Shown one piece after another: positions 58,700 through 64,000 of a stretch of DNA of 64,000 nucleotides. The number at the start of each line of letters is the position of its first letter. Position 1 is the first letter of the stretch. A program made the position numbers and the translations under genes. Under the pieces are notes generated by a model. It did no database searches. It saw only the letters and a program-made list of their open reading frames with translations, and had not been told where the DNA came from. The stretch comes from Antedon mediterranea (taxonomy: Eukaryota > Animalia > Echinodermata): the NCBI RefSeq assembly GCF_964355755.1, contig NC_092678.1, positions 4,294,422-4,358,421 of the forward strand, given 5' to 3'.

Positions 58700-61600
58700 A
58701 TGGAAGACAAATTTCTAGATTTGCAACAGCAAATGCGCCACAATCAGGAAGATCTCAAAGACTTCCTTCGTGATTTAGATAATTGGGAGGATACTATAAA
58801 AGAAAAAGATATTGAATTACAGACAGGAAGCTCTACAAAACAACAAGTAAGTCTAGGCCTATTAATACTCTGCTGGCATTATTTTTGCCATGACGACAGA
58901 CGCTGTCCGCTGGGCGGGCTTGTGATGTCAGTATTATGCTATATGTAGGCCTAGCCCTGGGGCCTACGTTTAGACCTAGGTCTGCTCTTTCTATCATTCA
59001 GTTTAATAGTCCTACAACTTGACATGGCTTATCTTATTTAGTATTTATATTTTCTTGTCCCCCCACTTTACTTACATTACAGATAAAGTATGTCTCGGTT
59101 TTGTACTAAAAACTAAATCGTATTAATAATATTATAATATTCTTTTTATAGAAATTGCCACCAGTTCGTAATAAAGTAAAGGAAAAGCCAAAACGAAAGA
59201 AAGATCAATCCAAAGCAGCAACAAATACGAAGGAGGAGGCAGACTCATCTTCAGTCAAACAACAAAGAATCAAGGCCTATGACTACAGAAAATGGGATAC
59301 ATTTGATGTTGTAGGTGAAATTAGAGTACTGTTGCATTTAATAAATTATATAATTTATGCAACAAACCTTATATTTAACCAGTATTTTTAAATCTTTAAC
59401 CAGTATTTTTAAATCTTTATTACACTCTTTAATATTATTAATGTTTTTTATAATTGTTTTCTCTAAAGGAAAAAGCTTGCGCTGAAGTTGAAAGTGGAGG
59501 AGAAGAAAATAGGGTTAGTTCGGAATATGAAACAGACAGCGACGAAGAAAGAAAGGAAAATGCTAGACAGCAGAAAATGATGCAAGCTAATATGGAAAAA
59601 GAAAAGGTTTGTTTAGCTGGATAATTTCATTCTTTTAGTAAACAATTTTATATTTGTTTTTGATTGATATAGAGATCTGGTTGGTCAATAGTTTTCATTA
59701 AATAGTGTTTTCTTTTTTTGGGTATTCCAAGTCTCGACTATGAAATAGTAAAGTGCCTATCAGAGAAGTCTGGAGAGCTTGTTTGTGTATAATAGTCAAT
59801 CATCTAATCTACCATTACTTATATTACATTATATTGTTTAAGGTTTGGTACTAATATATGTGGTGTACCACAAACTTTATATATCAACATTATATGACAT
59901 TGTCATTAATAAAGTTATTTGGTATTTTAAGGGAAATGACTTTTTCAAGAAAGGCCAGTTTGATGAAGCTGTGTTGTGTTACACCAGAGGAATGGAAGCA
60001 GATAATACTAATGCAATCCTACCAGCTAATAGAGCTATGGCTTTGTTAAAACTTAAAAGGTGAGTTCCACCATACATTAGTCAATAGTATGACCTTGGTA
60101 ATACTGTCTCTGGTATTGATAAAGGCTTTACCAAAGCCTACAAGATTCATACAATGTGACGTTATTATATTATATGGTAATTACTGTTAAAGCTTCATGT
60201 GTTTGAATATACCTACAGATGCACTACATTAAAATGTTGATTAATTAAATAATATACTTTATTTTGACAGATTTGAGGAGGCAGAGAGTGACTGTAGTCT
60301 GGCGTTATCCCTAGATTGCACTTATGTAAAAGCAGTTTGTAGAAGAGCATCAGCAAGGCTAGGCCTAGGAAAACTTAGTGAAGCAAAGCAAGGTATATAA
60401 TGCACTTCACTGTCAAATCATGTTTGGGGTTGTGCTAGGGTGTACTCCTCATTGGCTGGAAGAACAAAGAATTTATATATGAATATTTGTTCATTCATTT
60501 TCTTTTTCTAGACTTTGAACAAGTACTTTTATTAGAACCTTCTAATAAACTCGCAAAAACAGAACTTAAAAAGATTGGAAAGTTGGAGAAGGACGAAGAA
60601 GATAAACACAATTCAGCACCAACAAATAGAATATATGCAGTTGACAAACCACCTCATTTAAGGTCAAAGGTGAGATAAAAAGTGTTAAGTGTTTTTCTCC
60701 ATGAGTAACTCAGCTGCAGCACTTAGCGAAATTAGTCACAGCTCTTTCAATTATTGCATTCTGATAGTGTGTTACCAATTTTACATTTTTAATTAGTAAT
60801 GACACACTGTTTGATGTTTTAACAGAAACCATTAAAGAGGATTCATATAGAGGAGATTGGGACAAATAAAGAGGAGAATATAGATATTGAATCTACAGCA
60901 ATGGAAACAAAAGATGATCAGCAAAAAGTACCCAAAGAAACAGAAATATCAACAGATACAGAAACACATGAAAAGAGAGTGAATGCTGACACATCTGAAA
61001 AATCACAATTGTAAGATCAAATAGAGTGTTCTTTATATGCTATATATATTATGTTAAAATGTTTAGAATTTTTTTTTTGGTGTTCTATAACTATTTAAAA
61101 TTGCACTAGAATCAAAACAGTTCTTAGATAAACATATTCTACATGTTTTTTTATATAAAATTTTGCAGAGACAAAACAAAGACAGCCTCAGAAGTTGTAA
61201 CAGCTGATGTTCCAGTAATTACTCCCCCTCCCTCTGTTCCCCCCTCACCTCAATCTTCTTACCACCTTCTTGCTGATTGGAAACGGCTTGAAAAATATCC
61301 AACACAACTTGTTCAATATTTTAAAGTAAGTTTAATAAATATTCCAATATATTGCTGAGATAACTGATTACTGTGTTACATATTGTATTTACTAAATTGT
61401 ACAAATTTCTTGAATTTTAAAGTTAGTACCAATCTTCTTTCAGTAAATATTGATAAAACACTTATTTTTTTTCACCAGCAAATTAATCCAGAGACATATC
61501 CATCATTATTCAAGCAATCCATGGATTCTGATGTGTTATCGAAAATTCTAATATTACTACATAATCATTATATTCCGTAAGTTCTTTCGATGTTTTCACT

Positions 61601-62295
61601 ACAACTTTATTCCCTTTACTTGTAATAAGATTTTTTTATGTAGGCCTACTGTTGTTTCATAATCATTATTTCTAATGGGCTAAGCTCTGTTGGTTTCATT
61701 ACAACATGTATTAAATATACACTTTGTTTCATCAGGTCAAATGAAGCAATGTTTGCAGTCATAAGTAATCTTACAAAGGTCAAACGATTTGACATGAATG
61801 TCATGTTTATGTCATCAGAAGAAAAGAAATGTAAGTACTTGATTATATATTTACACTGGCTTCCTTTTCTATTAAATGTATTTATTGAGGTGGGGAAATG
61901 AAAAGATCCAATTTAGTTTTTAATAAATACCATATGTACCAATAAATAATGTGCTTAAAATAACATAAACTACACCACAAAGTTGACATGGTTAGATAAG
62001 CTGAATACCAATATCAGTACAGATGTTTCACAGCACTGGCCCACTTGAGACGCACCCGGCCTACGACTGGAGTAAATGGCACAAACTAGTAGAACGTGTT
62101 GTGTCTAACAATGATGAAGCGTGTTAATATATTTTGCAGCAATTTCTTTCTGGTTATTTTTTCCTGCTGCTTTTCAATGTTTTATATTTTCCACTTCTTT
62201 TTATAGTGGTGAAAAATATACTAGAACACATTTCAAAGAATGAGAACATTAATGAAGCAGTATTGAGGGATGTATCAAGGAAATATGGAATATAA
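58700..62295 (+). CDS. RPAP3: RNA polymerase II-associated protein 3 (R2TP co-chaperone), ~11 exons, single TPR domain
   Basis: LQQQMRHNQEDLKDFLRDLDNWE; LPPVRN; RIKAYDYRKWDTFDV; EKEKGNDFFKKG..LPANRAMA; KPPHLRSKKPLKRIHIEE; C-terminal LTKVKRFDMNVMFMSSEEK. Exons ~58700-58846, 59152-59310, 59469-59607, 59932-60059, 60271-60391, 60512-60669, 60826-61010, 61169-61325, 61479-61576, 61736-61830, 62207-62295. Confidence 0.95.
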
Positions 62296-62376
62296 CATGA
62301 AATAATGATAAACATGATAGAATGAGGACATTAATGATGCGGTATTGAGGGATGTATCAAGGAAATATGGAATATA
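62237..62376 (+). repeat. Tandem duplication of the last ~57 coding nt of RPAP3 into its 3'UTR
   Basis: AGAATGAG(A/G)ACATTAATGA(A/T)GC(A/G)GTATTGAGGGATGTATCAAGGAAATATGGAATATA occurs twice. Confidence 0.9.
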
Positions 62377-64000
62377 TCATAAAATACTACATTGTTTGCT
62401 GGAAGACTTCAATTTTAAAATAACATTTAGAAGTGGTTTATATTCTATTTGTTTAGTGCCAATTAAAGCAATAAATTAGAAAAAAAGTTTGATTTAGTTG
62501 GTTGTTTGGTTTTTTTTTCAGCTCACATAAATAAATAAGTAAATATACAGTATGATAAAATCACATTTGGAAATGTACAATTTGGTATCTATAATTTTTA
62601 ATAATATACGATAATATAAAAAATTCATTGTCTTCAGGTCATATGTTAACACGCCAATTAGGAACAAAGTGGTATAAATACATAATACAACAACTAAACA
62701 ATAATGGATTACATATGTTGACAATGTGAACAAGGAAGAAAGGGAATAAAATTACAAACAAAAGTGTCGGTGTAGCATAACAGCCACCTACACGTCGATA
62801 CATTCTCAACTTTATTTCCTTTTTTGGAAACTAATGGTTTACCGCAAACCATATTTTACATCACAGGAGATTGAAGAAAAAAAATCCGTATGAAATACAA
62901 TACTCAATTGTTTAAGAGAAGCAAGAATATAAAGGAAATTCTCAGGCCTTTAAAATGTATTTTTTTCTTTCTGTACGATGAAATCCTTATCAGACGATTT
63001 TTAGTCTGAAACCGGAGAAAATATGGAAAAACATAAAAAAGTAGTTGTAGGCCTAAAGGCCTGTTATTGCATTGCAAGTATGCAACTAGTTACTCGACAG
63101 TTGAACGATATCGCTGTATTGTACGGCCCAAGATATCTGATTGCACCACCAGCATGTAATACTGCTACATATTATGTGAAGTAACATCCCCTCCGGAATA
63201 TTAAATCGTGACGTAGGCCCAATTATCTTCTCGCCTTGACTTGCACTACCGGCCCACCTCCCCTACGTCGAACTGTGATTGGAGGAGGTCGAAAAGCTAA
63301 GTTAATTTTATCCAAAAACATTTATTTGTTAATAACTATTCACTTATAGCCATTTTCATAAATGTTTTAGTAATTTATCAATCGTCAATCGGGTCCACCC
63401 ACCACGTCAATACTGGTATTAAATCTGCCCCTCGTGTTCTTTCAAGTAGGCCTACAGTGTCTTATAGCCGAGAACCATCGGTACTTGGTACCGGAAAAAC
63501 CCAGGTTTCAACCGGAGTTTCAGCTTAAACATCCGTTTGATTGTTAGATTTTGAATGAGTTCCGGTGATAGGATGAAAACGTTTTCCACCACCCTTGAAA
63601 AACATTAAAGCGTAAAATACCCGTACTGATCTGTGACAGGTGCTGAAACGTAACACACTGTTAACAAAACGGTTTTATCGATCCTCCTACAATTACTATA
63701 TCTCATTTTAAAATTCCTTATTACAAATATTTTTTATATATATTCCCGTATATATTATTTCATTTCATTGATTTATTTGACACAATCGGTCAAGGGGATG
63801 CGACCGTCAGCAACAATGCGCCATAACAAGAAAGTGTACACAACTCCTACAAAATACTATTATAACAACATTTAAAACAAGATAAAATTACATAAAGAGA
63901 ATATTAATATTATATACAAAAATGAATTAAAATATAATGTACTCATCTGATCAGTCTAGTTTTATTTATCGGAATGATTTATTTACAAGATTTTAAAATA

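Noticed and set aside
63050-63700. GC-richer segment near the window end
   Set aside because: No clear TIR pair, ORF or RNA motif could be established.

Overview
AT-rich, intron-containing eukaryotic DNA from a marine invertebrate. An echinoderm is a plausible inference from gene content and the abundant TAGGCCTA motif; it is not prokaryotic. I could splice together nine protein-coding genes by eye: an unidentified charged protein (-), MDM1 (+), RPS23 (-), a copine (+), a secreted two-domain chitin-binding (CBM14) protein (-) split by a 2.2 kb foldback transposon, a secreted C-type lectin/PAN-like protein (+), a C12orf56/DUF4551 homolog (+), an LRR plus catalytically dead caspase gene (+), and RPAP3 with a single TPR domain (+). 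Non-coding DNA holds several non-autonomous DNA transposons (Harbinger-, Tc1/mariner-, Kolobok-, Ginger-like and Helentron-like), LINE and tRNA-SINE remnants, three minisatellite arrays and a small dispersed repeat carrying a Penelope-type minimal hammerhead ribozyme. The most striking items are the LRR-pseudocaspase, the hammerhead repeat family and the transposon-interrupted chitin-binding gene. Exon boundaries were read by eye; those marked ~ are approximate.
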